From an uncultured delta proteobacterium (GTDB taxonomy: Bacteria > Desulfobacterota > Desulfomonilia > Desulfomonilales > Desulfomonilaceae), in contig CAWBKB010000006.1 in assembly GCA_963789265.1 (NCBI GenBank), positions 1-64,000 on the forward strand: a stretch of DNA of 64,000 bases, written 5' to 3'. Positions 41,355 through 51,659 of the stretch are shown piece by piece. Position numbers and translations under genes: made by a program. The notes beneath the pieces were generated by a model. The model worked only from the letters and a program-made list of their open reading frames with translations. It was not told where the DNA came from and made no database searches. Each line of letters begins with the position of its first letter. The stretch's first letter is position 1.

Positions 41355-41659
41355 CATTCACTAAGCCGCGGAAAGAGATTGTCATTGCGAGTCCCGCTTC
41401 CCGCGCATAGGCGTTAAGTTAAGGCAATTTCGTTCCTTTTCAGGAGGTCCATGCAGGCGGAGGGCGATCAAAGTCCCCCTGTTCTAAAGGGGGATTTAGG
41501 GGTATTTTCAAATAGTTATCCCAAAATCCCCCCTGGCCCCCCTTTACGAAAGGGGGGAACCCCGCGTTTCGCGGGGGTTAAGTTAACGCCAATGCGCGGG
41601 ACGCGGGATTTCACTCCTCGCAATGACAAGCTGCAGAAGATCCCCCGCGTAAGTGAACG
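41355..41659. mobile_element. MITE family 2 copy with MITE family 1 (41406-41594) inserted at the centre of an internal palindrome
   Basis: Outer ends CATTCACTAAG / TAAGTGAACG; the inner element is flanked by inverted TCCCGCTTCCCGCG / CGCGGGACGCGGGA. Confidence 0.8.
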
Positions 41660-41765
41660 GGTACGTCTTGTCGGTTTTTTGCTCGCTGGAGATACAACCT
41701 CCGAGCTATAATTGTGGGGGATTGATTCCAGTTTCCGGGCTTCACCCGGCCATGAGGAGTTACAA

Positions 41766-42518
41766 ATGTCATGGGCTAAAGAAAAAGAAGAGGCCGCGCT
41801 CGAAATCCTCGGACTCCTGTATGAACACCGGATGATTAGGACGTTCTATCGTGATAAACCGGAAGGGTGGACTCTTGTATCCGGCCTGTACAGTCCCTTG
41901 TACATACAGCTTCGGCCTCTTATGTCATATCCATCCGTCTTTGAAAAAGTTTGCAAGGCCATGGCCCGAATGGCTCGCGAAGAAGCGCCGGAGATTAACA
42001 GAGTGATCGGCATTGCCATGGCAGGGGTTCCAATTGCCGCCGGAATGTCCCTGGCCGGCGGTATTCCGGCGGGATTCACCAGAAAGATTGACAACGTCAA
42101 GTCTCTGGCACAATTCAGGGAAGCCATTGCCTTGTATGGTGAACATTCGATGCTGGAAGGGGAACTAGCTCCCGGGGACCATGTAGCATTGGTAGACGAT
42201 CTGGTAACCAGATTCGACAGCAAGCTCATCGCTCTCGAACAGGTAAAGTATGAAGTGGCCAGGCAGGGGCTCCAGCGAATTGAATGCCGGACAGTCCTCG
42301 TGGTGTTGGATCGGGAGCAAGGGGGCCGGGAAACTGCAGAAAAGGAGAGCGTGAAATTGTTGAGTCTAGTTCCGTTCAAAACTATGGGCCTTGCCCTGCT
42401 GGAAGGGATAATGGAGAAAACGGAATGGGAAACAATTCGCCATTACCTCGAGGACCCCGGCTATTTTCAGAAAAAGGCGGTTCAAGAGCGTCTTGCCGGT
42501 CTTGCCTGTGGAGGGTGA
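41766..42518 (+). CDS. pyrE: Orotate phosphoribosyltransferase-like protein
   Basis: LVSGLYSPLYIQLR, RK, PRPP-binding VALVDDLVT and DREQGG motifs. Confidence 0.7.
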   Translation: MSWAKEKEEAALEILGLLYEHRMIRTFYRDKPEGWTLVSGLYSPLYIQLRPLMSYPSVFEKVCKAMARMAREEAPEINRVIGIAMAGVPIAAGMSLAGGIPAGFTRKIDNVKSLAQFREAIALYGEHSMLEGELAPGDHVALVDDLVTRFDSKLIALEQVKYEVARQGLQRIECRTVLVVLDREQGGRETAEKESVKLLSLVPFKTMGLALLEGIMEKTEWETIRHYLEDPGYFQKKAVQERLAGLACGG

Positions 42519-42583
42519 CAAATCCGGGTGAATAGCAAATCTAGTGCATTTTCGCACTCCCCGGAGTCTGTCTGCACGGGAGG

Positions 42584-43089
42584 GTAACCATTCAGTCTTA
42601 TGGGGCAGGCTTTCCGAAAGTGTCTCAAAACTATTTTGATGTCAAGAATCGTGGCACGATGTCAGCCCAGCACTAAAGTACCGGTCTACTCTCGATCGCC
42701 CCGATGGGGCTCAAATGCTGGCGTCCCGTAGGGACAGAGGACAGTAGCCCGGTAATTCATTGCCGGGAAAAGGGGCATCGTGCTACGGATTTCGTACGCG
42801 CCTCGATTTTGAGACACTTTCTTCCAGCCTGCCGAGGAAACCCCGTTCAATGGCGGCCTATAAAGCCGACCCCACGAAGCTACAGGCAAATTCCGGCTGT
42901 AACTGAATGCTGACACGAGGGAGTAAGCATTCAGTTCCGGAGGGAGAATTCTGTTAACGGTGTCATTGCGAAGAGTGAAACGACGAAGCAATCTCCTCTT
43001 GGACAGGCTGGGAGATTGCTTCGCTGCGCTCGCGATGACATGGCCGGATGGAGCATCCGCCGCATATAACTGAATGCTGACACGAGGGA
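42584..43089. mobile_element. Tandem and nested MITE array
   Basis: Element 42923-43081: TIRs GTAAGCATTCAGTT/AACTGAATGCTGAC, 8-bp TSD ACGAGGGA. The adjacent related element 42584-42914 contains a 206-bp element (42616-42821) with TIR GAAAGTGTCTCAAAA and TSD TTCC. Confidence 0.85.
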
Positions 43090-43490
43090 TGAAATTTCTG
43101 TTGACGCGGCCATTATTCTGCCTTACTTATATGTGATGAAATAGGGCTATGCCTTTGACGTGCTTTTTCGATGCCGCGGAGGCTCTGCCATGTGGATTGT
43201 CAAGGGCGTCTTCAGTTTTACAAAAGACTATGAAGTCAGGAGACGTCCGGTAGAAGGGATCTGATACTTCCAGCCAAGAAACCCAGTCGAAAAGAAACCG
43301 CACAGGTGTTTCTCTCCTTAAGGGAGAGGGCCGCGATAGATCGCAACTAAGAAATAATGGTCCGCACGCGTGGAACCTCAAAAGGCCGGACGGGGGAAGA
43401 GCGCTGTTTCGTTTCTCTAATTTTGTGTTCGCTCTGAGAAGAGAGTGCCGGCCGGCCCAAACAAAACTTTTCAGAAAGGAGAGATTCTGA

Positions 43491-43691
43491 ATGCCGGGTA
43501 TTTACCTTAAGGAAGACGAACCCTTTGAAAATGCACTGAGGCGATTCAAGAAACAGGTCCAAAAATCAGGTGTCCTAACGGAAACGAAAAAGCGGCGAGC
43601 CTACGAAAAACCGAGTGTTAAGAGAAAAAGGAAGGCCATGGCCGCGCGAAAAAGACTATTGAAGAAGCTTCGAAGAATGCGGACAAGATAG
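43491..43691 (+). CDS. rpsU: 30S ribosomal protein S21
   Basis: [22 protein letters not shown]...ARKR. Confidence 0.97.
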   Translation: MPGIYLKEDEPFENALRRFKKQVQKSGVLTETKKRRAYEKPSVKRKRKAMAARKRLLKKLRRMRTR

Positions 43692-43843
43692 GGCGGCAAC
43701 GGCTTCGTTGAAGCGAAGCGCAAGGTTCCGAAAAGGAGATCGGTTCACTTGCCTCTTGAAGCGTGAGAGTTTTCAGGGTACTGTAGTGTATAAAAAAAGA
43801 GGGAGGCGAGCCCAATTCAGATACGACTAATTGCTCCTCAGCG

Positions 43844-45161
43844 ATGGCTCGAGTGGTTTGCAGAGAGTTCCTGCCTTATTGCCGCATCGTATATTGTTGC
43901 GTTCTTGGTCCTTCTCGTAAATGTCCTCGGTACGGGATTCTCAGGCGTAGAGATCAGCCCGTACAGGATGGTTCTCGTCTTAGCGGCGGCTATCCCTGCG
44001 GGGTTTTTATTCGTCTTTTCAACCTTCGGGCTGATATCGTACTTCATCTTCATGCCTTCGATTACCCATGACGGCCACCTGTTTTCGCGCGTTCATGGGA
44101 CTCACCTGATTCATCCGGTGACCACGTCGATTTTGCTGGGCCTCGCGGCTCTTTGCATTTACACGGGCAGCATGCTCGCCTGGGCGACTTGGGCTGTCTT
44201 CCTGGCAATCTACCTGCTTCAGACCACCCTCATTCTAAAACGAGTCAGTGAAGAAAATCGTGTAAACAGCTTGGAAGGACCGAGTGCCGGCAAATCGCTG
44301 TTGTTGCTCAACCTGATCCTTGGAGGCGAACTCGTCACTGTGGCGGCCGGTGCCAAACCCTTGCCGCCCTGGCGGCTGGACACCCTTCCCCAAGACACAT
44401 GGATCGTGGATGTTCGCACAAAGCCCGAATTCTATTGGAACCGGCTGCAGGCCGCGGAGAATTATCCGTGGGGATCGGGTGTGATAGAAGCGGCAAAAGA
44501 CAAGTCGAAAGAACGTCCGGTGCTCGTCGCCTGCTTTTCGGGCCACCGATCCCCTGCAGTTGCGGTAATGCTTCGAAAACTGGGCTTTAGGACCGTTTAT
44601 AATTTGAATTGGGGGATTCTCTATTTGATTCTATTGGAACGCGGTAAGAAGAATACAGGACCGTTCAGCCTCACCCGGCCTCATCGAGATCCTCAACGGC
44701 GGGGTGAGGATTTCAGGGGAATATCAGTTGGATATATCACCTTTGCTCTACTGACGCTGATCGTCGCTCCATTGGAACATGTCTTTGAGCCGACAGTAGT
44801 TTCCGCATTGCAACAGATCATCGGGGCATTACTCGGGCTCGGAGGACTTTTGCTGGGCCTCTTGAGCTTCAGAGCACTAGGGAGGAATTTTCGCGTATTT
44901 GCGGCGCCCAGGAGAAGCGGGACCCTCATTACCTCGGGCGTGTACGCCAAGGTTCGTCACCCCATGTACACCGGGGTCATCATGAGTCTGGGGGGGTATA
45001 CGCTTTATTTTGGGAGCTTGTGGGCATTTCCTTTCTGGCTGGGGTGCACAATCTTTTATCTGATCAAGGTCGTGAAAGAAGAAAGGCTGCTCGTGGAGCA
45101 TTATCCCGAATACGAGAACTATCGTAAGCGTTCATGGCGCCTCGTCCCCTTCATTTTTTGA
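43844..45161 (+). CDS. Membrane protein: TM domain, rhodanese, then ICMT/PEMT-like methyltransferase (probable +1 indel just after the ATG)
   Basis: IVDVRT..EF, ACFSGHRS rhodanese loop, LGF..VYNL..G; C-terminal LITSGVYAKVRHPMY, EERLL, Y..Y...RLVPFIF. Confidence 0.8.
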
Positions 45162-45324
45162 AACGGCACTTTTCGCTTGGCAAAGAAACTTAACTGTTAT
45201 TGCGCGTTTCGTGGGGCGGACTTTCTAGTCTGCCATTTCCGGGTCTCCCTGAGTAGTTGTCCAAAATGATGTCCGTTTGAAACGAGGAGGCGGGGAACCA
45301 GGCAATCCACTCGAAGGGCCTCTC

Positions 45325-45447
45325 GTTCGTCATTCCGGCCAGCTCCGGACTGGTGTCCGGGGCAGGAGCCGGAATCCAGGAACTGGACCCCGGATCGGAG
45401 TCCGGGGTGACCCCGCGAGAAGCGGGATTCTATTCCTGGCAATGACA
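45325..45447. repeat. REP doublet (GTCATTCCGGC...GGCAATGAC type)
   Basis: Nested palindromes related to the cargo at 38225-38310; lies between convergent genes. Confidence 0.6.
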
Positions 45448-45525
45448 TTACTCTCATAACCCGGCTCTTTGGCAACAGCGCAATTCTGTTCACCAATTGC
45501 CATAGATTTCCTGAAACCGCTCTCA

Positions 45526-46527
45526 CTACCCTAGACTACCGATCTTTTCCGTCCTGACCGTTTTTCGGACTTTGCAACTCAAGCTGGAAATGCGTTCCAT
45601 GGTTTCCTGCGTGATCTCGCTCATTGTCAGATCTTTGAAGCCACGAGCTCCCTGGTTCACGAAGAGCATGGCCAGCCAGCCGATAGGCAGGGCAGTTCTT
45701 GAGGTGACAGCGAATGAAGCCTCTTTGACGGCCCAGTCATTGCCATTGAAGGAGAGAGCCATACCGCCCGCTGTCTTCACGAGCCGAAACGCGTCCACAT
45801 CGGTTATGCTGTCTCCCACGTAAAAGACGTCGCGCAACTCCGCGTCTTCAATTTCAGCGATTCTTTCGATGGCCCTTGCCTTTTCTTTGCCTCCCACGGG
45901 ATTCACTTCATCGATTATCCTGTAGACTTCCATTCCTGGGAGCAAACTCCAAAAGATCGCGTTCAACTCTTGGACCGTCTTTCTGCCGTCATCTGAAAGA
46001 TCTTCAGCCGAGGTGGCACCGGAAGGAATCGTGAAATCGGGCAGATCCAGTATGCGCTGATGGATCTCTCTGAGTGTTGTTTTCTCGCTCTGCGACAGCG
46101 AGTAGTGGTCCAGGTTTACAGGGGTGGAATAGGTGTTCGGGAAGGGAAAACCGACCGCGTCGCAGACGGCCAATATGTAGGCCGAATAACTCGTGCTCAC
46201 GATATACGCGGGCATGATATCGAGAACGTCCCTTAGCATGCAGTCGGCCTGAGGAATCATCTCTATGTTGTGGCGGGAGAACTTGATCATGCTCCTGTTA
46301 TCAAGGCCGAAGGCTTTGAAAAAGGGGAGGATCAGTCGCAGGGTGTCGCCTGCCTTGTACCCGGGCTTGTGAACCACTTCAGCCAAATAGTCGTCATACA
46401 GGCTGATCTTGCTGAAAAAACGGCTGCCTTTAGGTATGAAAGCCTCTGAAAGCTCGGCCGCATTGTCATTCTTGGTAATGGGGCCTTCGCAGTCGCTAAT
46501 GAAAATCCTTTTGGGGCCTCTTTCCAT
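45526..46527 (-). CDS. HAD-superfamily phosphohydrolase, EhaR/COG4030-like
   Basis: FISDCEGPITKNDNA, LYDDYL, YKAGDTLRLILPF, STSY, YVGDSITD and SFNGN motifs. Confidence 0.75.
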   Translation of the reverse strand: MERGPKRIFISDCEGPITKNDNAAELSEAFIPKGSRFFSKISLYDDYLAEVVHKPGYKAGDTLRLILPFFKAFGLDNRSMIKFSRHNIEMIPQADCMLRDVLDIMPAYIVSTSYSAYILAVCDAVGFPFPNTYSTPVNLDHYSLSQSEKTTLREIHQRILDLPDFTIPSGATSAEDLSDDGRKTVQELNAIFWSLLPGMEVYRIIDEVNPVGGKEKARAIERIAEIEDAELRDVFYVGDSITDVDAFRLVKTAGGMALSFNGNDWAVKEASFAVTSRTALPIGWLAMLFVNQGARGFKDLTMSEITQETMERISSLSCKVRKTVRTEKIGSLG

Positions 46528-46538
46528 GTCGATTCTCC

Positions 46539-47525
46539 CTAAAGCGAAGAAATGGCGCTATCCAAGAAAGCTTTATCCGGGTAGCTCCTCCGGCCGTAGT
46601 CCTCGAGACTCATCGATGCGGCCCTTGCGGCCAGTTGCAGGCTCGCTTCAAGATCCAGCGATTCGAGCATACCGGCCAAAAAGCCTGCGGCCGCCACGTC
46701 GCCTGCGCCCGTGCGGTCCTTTATCTCTCGCGGAACTATAGCAGCTTGATAAATAGACCGTCCAGGCTCGCAAGCCATCATCCCTTCCGGACCCAGCTTC
46801 ACGATAACTATCTTGACGCCGATTTCAAACAGAAAAGTGACTCCAGTTTCAATTCCTGAATGAGAAGTCAGCGTCGCCAATTCCTCTCTCGTGATGAAAA
46901 GTAGATCCGTCCTTCGGAGGACAGGTAGGAGAATATTCAATCCTTTGGCAACATACACTGCTCCAGGATCAAAGCTCACCCGCGTCGAATCGCCGAGACG
47001 ATCCACAAGCCCGGCCTGAACTACCAAAGGTTCTGGCGAGACAAAAGATGTTAGGTGCACCCATCGGGCCCGTTGAAAATACCCGATATCGGGCTCTTCC
47101 GAGCCCGCCAGATCATTGGCATTGGGAAGGACCACAAGGGCCCTGTCTCTCTTTGGGTCGTCCCGATCGATAAGTGCCAAGCACCTTCCCGCAGGCAGCG
47201 CTACTCTCCTTATCCTCAAATTTTCCGGCCGACCGAGGGAGTCCAGGGCCAGATGCTCTTCTCCGTCGCTCCCTGTCACGCCATAGAATCCGGTTGCAAA
47301 ACCCATTTTGAACAGTGCAGCAATCATGTTAGCCGCAGATCCGCCCGGGTCAACACCCTTCAGGACCCCTTCGGCCTCCAGTGCCGGATAGACTGTACGG
47401 AACCATGCAAGGTCCCGCACGTATTCTTCTCCGGGTCGAAGTCCAAGCTGGGATAGAAATTCTCCCCTCACTTCCCAGAACTCGTCCAAATTCAACGACC
47501 CGAAGCCGATAGCGTGCAAATTCAA
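46539..47525 (-). CDS. PfkB family carbohydrate/nucleoside kinase
   Basis: GSLNLD, PGGSAAN, SFDPG, VKLGPEG and DRTGAGD motifs. Confidence 0.92.
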   Translation of the reverse strand: MNLHAIGFGSLNLDEFWEVRGEFLSQLGLRPGEEYVRDLAWFRTVYPALEAEGVLKGVDPGGSAANMIAALFKMGFATGFYGVTGSDGEEHLALDSLGRPENLRIRRVALPAGRCLALIDRDDPKRDRALVVLPNANDLAGSEEPDIGYFQRARWVHLTSFVSPEPLVVQAGLVDRLGDSTRVSFDPGAVYVAKGLNILLPVLRRTDLLFITREELATLTSHSGIETGVTFLFEIGVKIVIVKLGPEGMMACEPGRSIYQAAIVPREIKDRTGAGDVAAAGFLAGMLESLDLEASLQLAARAASMSLEDYGRRSYPDKAFLDSAISSL

Positions 47526-47572
47526 CAGATCACCCTTTCTCGGTTCAAGATCCTATAGTACGCTCGCACAAG

Positions 47573-47758
47573 TTCAACGCGGAGATCGCAGAGAACGCCG
47601 AGAATTCTATTTTGCTGTGTGTCCATCCGCTGGAGCACGGCAAGTCTTGGTCTGCGACAATGAGAGCCATTCCGGCCTGACTGTAGGCTCGGACGACTCA
47701 GTGGCGTTGAACAAGCTAATCTCTTTTACTCTGCGTTCTCGGCGCTCTCTGCGGTTAA
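47573..47758. repeat. REP-like pair (CGCAGAGAACGCCGAG / CTCTGCGTTCTCGGCG)
   Basis: Inverted arms; partial relatives near 55250 and 56885. Confidence 0.55.
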
Positions 47759-48513
47759 TCTTGATTATAGGGTGAACGGTCACGTTCCCACTGCATATTC
47801 TTTCTTAGGGCCACGATGTAGTTCGAAGCAAACATCCTCTTCAGGTGGAATGTACTGTCAATGATTCTTGCCAACGTGAGCCACGCGAGGGTGGTAGGGC
47901 GAATCAACCCCCTGAGACCTAGAGTCTCCCAGACGGTGGAAGACGTAACCGACGGGAGGTTCAACGCCAGGTGGGCCAAGCCGCCGTTCGCCACCATTTC
48001 GGCCACCTGAAAGCCCGCTCTGGTTGCAAGATGCTCAATTCCGTATCGGGTGAAACGATAATAGTCGTGCGGCTCGTCATGCAAATGGAGCAAGAACGGG
48101 AATGAGACAATGGCAATTCCGCCCGGAACCAGGACCCGATACATTTGGGAAAGAGCGCCCCACGGTTCGGGCGCATGTTCCAGCACAGAGCAACAAAAGA
48201 TAGTATCAAAAGACTCATCCGGAAAAGGTAGCCCGTGAGTCACATCCAGAATAACATCGAGGTCCGGGTGGTCCTTTGTCACGTCACAGCTAATGTAACT
48301 CGCTGCATGTCGCATCAACAGGTTGCGCCACGCCAATCTCCCCGCTCCTATGTCCAAGACTCGACCTTTCGTGAATTCTGGAATTAACGGCGCCATGTCC
48401 CTATAAAAAGCCGCATTTTGGAGAGCGATCCACCAGTATGTGTCCGTGCCGATGGTCCGAGTGTTCAAACGTCGCCACGCCTGTGCGAACCATCGGGTCT
48501 TCACGGTACTCAT
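47755..48513 (-). CDS. Class I SAM-dependent methyltransferase (Methyltransf_11-like)
   Basis: VLDIGAG, LPFPDESFD, VLEH, RVLVPGG and HDEPHDYYRFT motifs. Confidence 0.88.
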   Translation of the reverse strand: MSTVKTRWFAQAWRRLNTRTIGTDTYWWIALQNAAFYRDMAPLIPEFTKGRVLDIGAGRLAWRNLLMRHAASYISCDVTKDHPDLDVILDVTHGLPFPDESFDTIFCCSVLEHAPEPWGALSQMYRVLVPGGIAIVSFPFLLHLHDEPHDYYRFTRYGIEHLATRAGFQVAEMVANGGLAHLALNLPSVTSSTVWETLGLRGLIRPTTLAWLTLARIIDSTFHLKRMFASNYIVALRKNMQWERDRSPYNQD

Positions 48514-48570
48514 TGAGGGTATCCTGAAGTCGGAACTCGATCAAAAATAGATCAGCCGTGAGGCACCGTA

Positions 48571-50277
48571 TCATGGTGCGGGACGTGTGGGCAAGGTCCC
48601 CGCAGCGGGTTGAATCGTGCAACCCTGGCGGTTTCTCGGGCGCATCCCGGAGACAATAGCGCGGCTAAGAGACGACAGCGGGAAGTAATCCTGTGCCACA
48701 GAGCGACCCGACTTCACCGGTCCGCTCTTTCTCACAATCGCACTCCATGAATGAGGTGCCACGCACTTTACGAAGGTGGGTTTTTCGGCCGCGAGGGGGC
48801 TTATTCGGAAACTGATCGCTTTGGACAATACCTGGGCAACCACTTTATGCCCGAACATGGTGTAGTGGTCTCCGAAGACATATCTGCCTGTCTCTTTTTG
48901 CGCATCAATAAGCGGCTCCAATAGTGAAATAAAGGGAATATTATTCTCACTGCAAAAACGAGTCACACGTCTAATAGATTTGCTCATGTCCCAAGTGATA
49001 GCCTTATGAGGTCCCCCCATAGCTTTGAGTCGCGAAATTGTCCCCACCGGGTCCAGAGCATACTTGACTTCAAGGTCTGAGCCCACGTAGACGAGCACAA
49101 AATTGATGCCGCGGGCACGACAGAAGTCCCTGGAGGCTACAACCTGATTCAAAGTGCGGGACCACGCGGCTTCTACCCTGGGAATGTCCTCGGCCGACCA
49201 CTGGAGCAAATCAGGCGATATGGCTATCCTATTCCTACGAATGTCATCAATTCGGCGCAAGGCAAAAGCCAGTGCCAAGTAGCCGTGACTGGCCAGTCGG
49301 CGGAATTCCGGTGTGATGCCGCCGGCAGCCAGTATCAATTCGGTCTTCAATTCGGGGTCGTCGCGACAAAAGTCGCTGGTGTATAGCGTTAGGACCACTG
49401 TGTCAGGGGTATAGAGCATGGCTTCGTCTCGTATAACCTTGAAATGTTCAATTTGTCCCGTGCCTGAATTGCCAAGCGCTATAACCTGGAACCTGCGGCG
49501 CGGTCCTGCAAAAGAAGGGTCATTCAAAGCGGCCTCCCACAGCTTATGAAAGCTTCGGGAGAGCGGGACCTGGACCGCCTCAACGTAGGAATCACCGACA
49601 ATGACAATGCGGTGAACGCCCGGAGGCTTTGGCAGAGCATAATCATCATCGAAATATCCCTTGGAGTTCCAATGAAATTCGTTGACGTATTTGAGCCTGG
49701 AGTTCGGATCGTACCCGTAGTAAATGAATTCCTCGTCCGGAGCGTGCCAAACTTTGAATCGGCTTTTTCGGTGATTGGATGAATCCGACGCATACCATCG
49801 CTTCTGATCCCCATTCCGGAACACAACGGAGCCAACCTGGCCTTTTCCCAGAGGCGAATTCACAAAAGATTTGGCCAGTTCCTTGGTTTGGGCATAGTCG
49901 GCCGGGAGGACCCACGGAAATGCGATCTCTAGAGCCAAGAGCGCTATCAATGCAAAATTCAAGCACAAGGAAGACGCCTTAGCCCAGGATAAGACCGCAC
50001 CGGCGCGCAACTTTCCCGCCAGTAGGACCGGCATCCTGCCGGTCCTCGAAAGGGATAAGGCTGCGCCCGCGTGCAACTTTGCCGCGGGGAGTAACAGAAT
50101 CAGGAGATTCGAGAGTATCAAAACGAGATAGATGAGCCATCCGCAATAAAGGTTATTATAAAGTACTGCAAAGAGGGCGATTGTCCCGCATAATGGAAGC
50201 AATCCACCCGCAGCCCCCACGATCACCGCACTCCGTCTCCATCCAAAGGACACCGCGACCATTGAAATTTCCCTCAA
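48571..50277 (-). CDS. Membrane-anchored SGNH hydrolase-like protein (AlgJ/AlgX-like)
   Basis: N-terminal TMs, NSKG..D, RIVIVGDSYVEA, C-terminal DHYT..GH. Confidence 0.75.
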   Translation of the reverse strand: MREISMVAVSFGWRRSAVIVGAAGGLLPLCGTIALFAVLYNNLYCGWLIYLVLILSNLLILLLPAAKLHAGAALSLSRTGRMPVLLAGKLRAGAVLSWAKASSLCLNFALIALLALEIAFPWVLPADYAQTKELAKSFVNSPLGKGQVGSVVFRNGDQKRWYASDSSNHRKSRFKVWHAPDEEFIYYGYDPNSRLKYVNEFHWNSKGYFDDDYALPKPPGVHRIVIVGDSYVEAVQVPLSRSFHKLWEAALNDPSFAGPRRRFQVIALGNSGTGQIEHFKVIRDEAMLYTPDTVVLTLYTSDFCRDDPELKTELILAAGGITPEFRRLASHGYLALAFALRRIDDIRRNRIAISPDLLQWSAEDIPRVEAAWSRTLNQVVASRDFCRARGINFVLVYVGSDLEVKYALDPVGTISRLKAMGGPHKAITWDMSKSIRRVTRFCSENNIPFISLLEPLIDAQKETGRYVFGDHYTMFGHKVVAQVLSKAISFRISPLAAEKPTFVKCVAPHSWSAIVRKSGPVKSGRSVAQDYFPLSSLSRAIVSGMRPRNRQGCTIQPAAGTLPTRPAP

Positions 50278-50872
50278 TTAGCAATATGTGCAAAAGCAAC
50301 GGGTGCCTTTTTGCTCACTACTTGATCCTTGTCAAGAAAAAAAAGCTTCCTTTTAGAGAGAAAATTCCCGGACGTTATGGCCATAATCTCTACCAGAGGC
50401 TCTAACGGATTTGACAGGCCCAAAAATAGTTCCGATCTTTTCGCTCTAATAGCTCTCGCAAGCTAAGACACAGCACGCGCAAACTTCTGCAATTTCATCC
50501 GGCTTCACAATCAATAACGCAAAAATTTTGGCCATTTCATGCCGCGCTTCCAAGCTTGTAAAATTGTCAATCACCGGTTCCGGCCGTCCCCCGCCGAGCA
50601 GCCGGCCACGCCACAGCCGTGGCGCTAACCTTACAGGCCCAAAAGTTGCCTCGATCAAGTACTAATCGCTCAGAAGCACACCAAATATCATCGAACCCTT
50701 TACCACCGATGTCAAGCAAATCGATGCCGCCAAAGCCGGCGAATCCCGAGAAAATTTAAAGATACAAGTTAGGTTTACATGATACTTGTTCTAGCAAAAT
50801 TAGTCAACTATTTAAAACTGGCGAAAAAAAACTTGACAAATCTTTGAGAGTGCTATTTAAGTCGTAACCGGA

Positions 50873-51132
50873 GGTTGGGTATGGGGTAGGTAATACAAGC
50901 GGTTGACAGTAAGGGGGGAGCTGCTCCTTTGACATCAACCGCGCGGATGAGAAGCAACTTGTGAGATGAGGGGGCACTAAATAAGGCTCTATAAACACGA
51001 AAACGGCATCTAAATGGCCGTTTTGCGTGTGTTCCACTGGGATGGAAAAGTATGTTGAGAAGTGCCCACCTCTTATCACACAAGATCCGGGTGTCAATCA
51101 AAAAATCTCCGATTGACCCCAAATATCCAGTT
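50873..51132 (+). ncRNA. Candidate structured non-coding RNA (~260 nt, unassigned)
   Basis: Ends pair with several G-U pairs on the + strand, plus five further helices. Upstream TTGACA/TGnTATTTA; no credible ORF. Confidence 0.5.
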
Positions 51133-51659
51133 CTTTATACCAGCCTGATATGATACACGAAACCGGCGAAGGCCCGCAGCGGCTCGATCCAGAGTATCCT
51201 ATCAACCTGTTTCTTTGCAAGAAAAAGACTCCTTAATTGTGATCATTCACTTACGAGCGGCGAAAGATTGTGATTGCGCCGTGGGGCGGACTTTCCAGTC
51301 CGCCAAATATGAGATGAGAAACCGCAGACTGGAAAATCTGCGCCACGAGCCAGTTAGCAAGGAGTTCAATTCAATCCGTTGGACGGGCCTCTTTCCCAGT
51401 TGGGATGCCTCGCGCCGAACGCGGGGTTGCCCGCCATCCACAATGGACAGGGTGTCTCGCGCCTCGCGGGACCTTCCCACCATTCATTCCTCGCGATGAC
51501 AAGGACCGTGCAACTTCCGGGCATTACTGAATGCCTACCCGGGGGCACAATACTTATCTCGCGAGTGCGGTCGGTAGGATGTGGTGAAACCCGCGGAACG
51601 CGCGAGAAAGCGCTTCGCTCACGCTAAAACGCCATAGATACGGTTCCCCGCTGCCAGCG

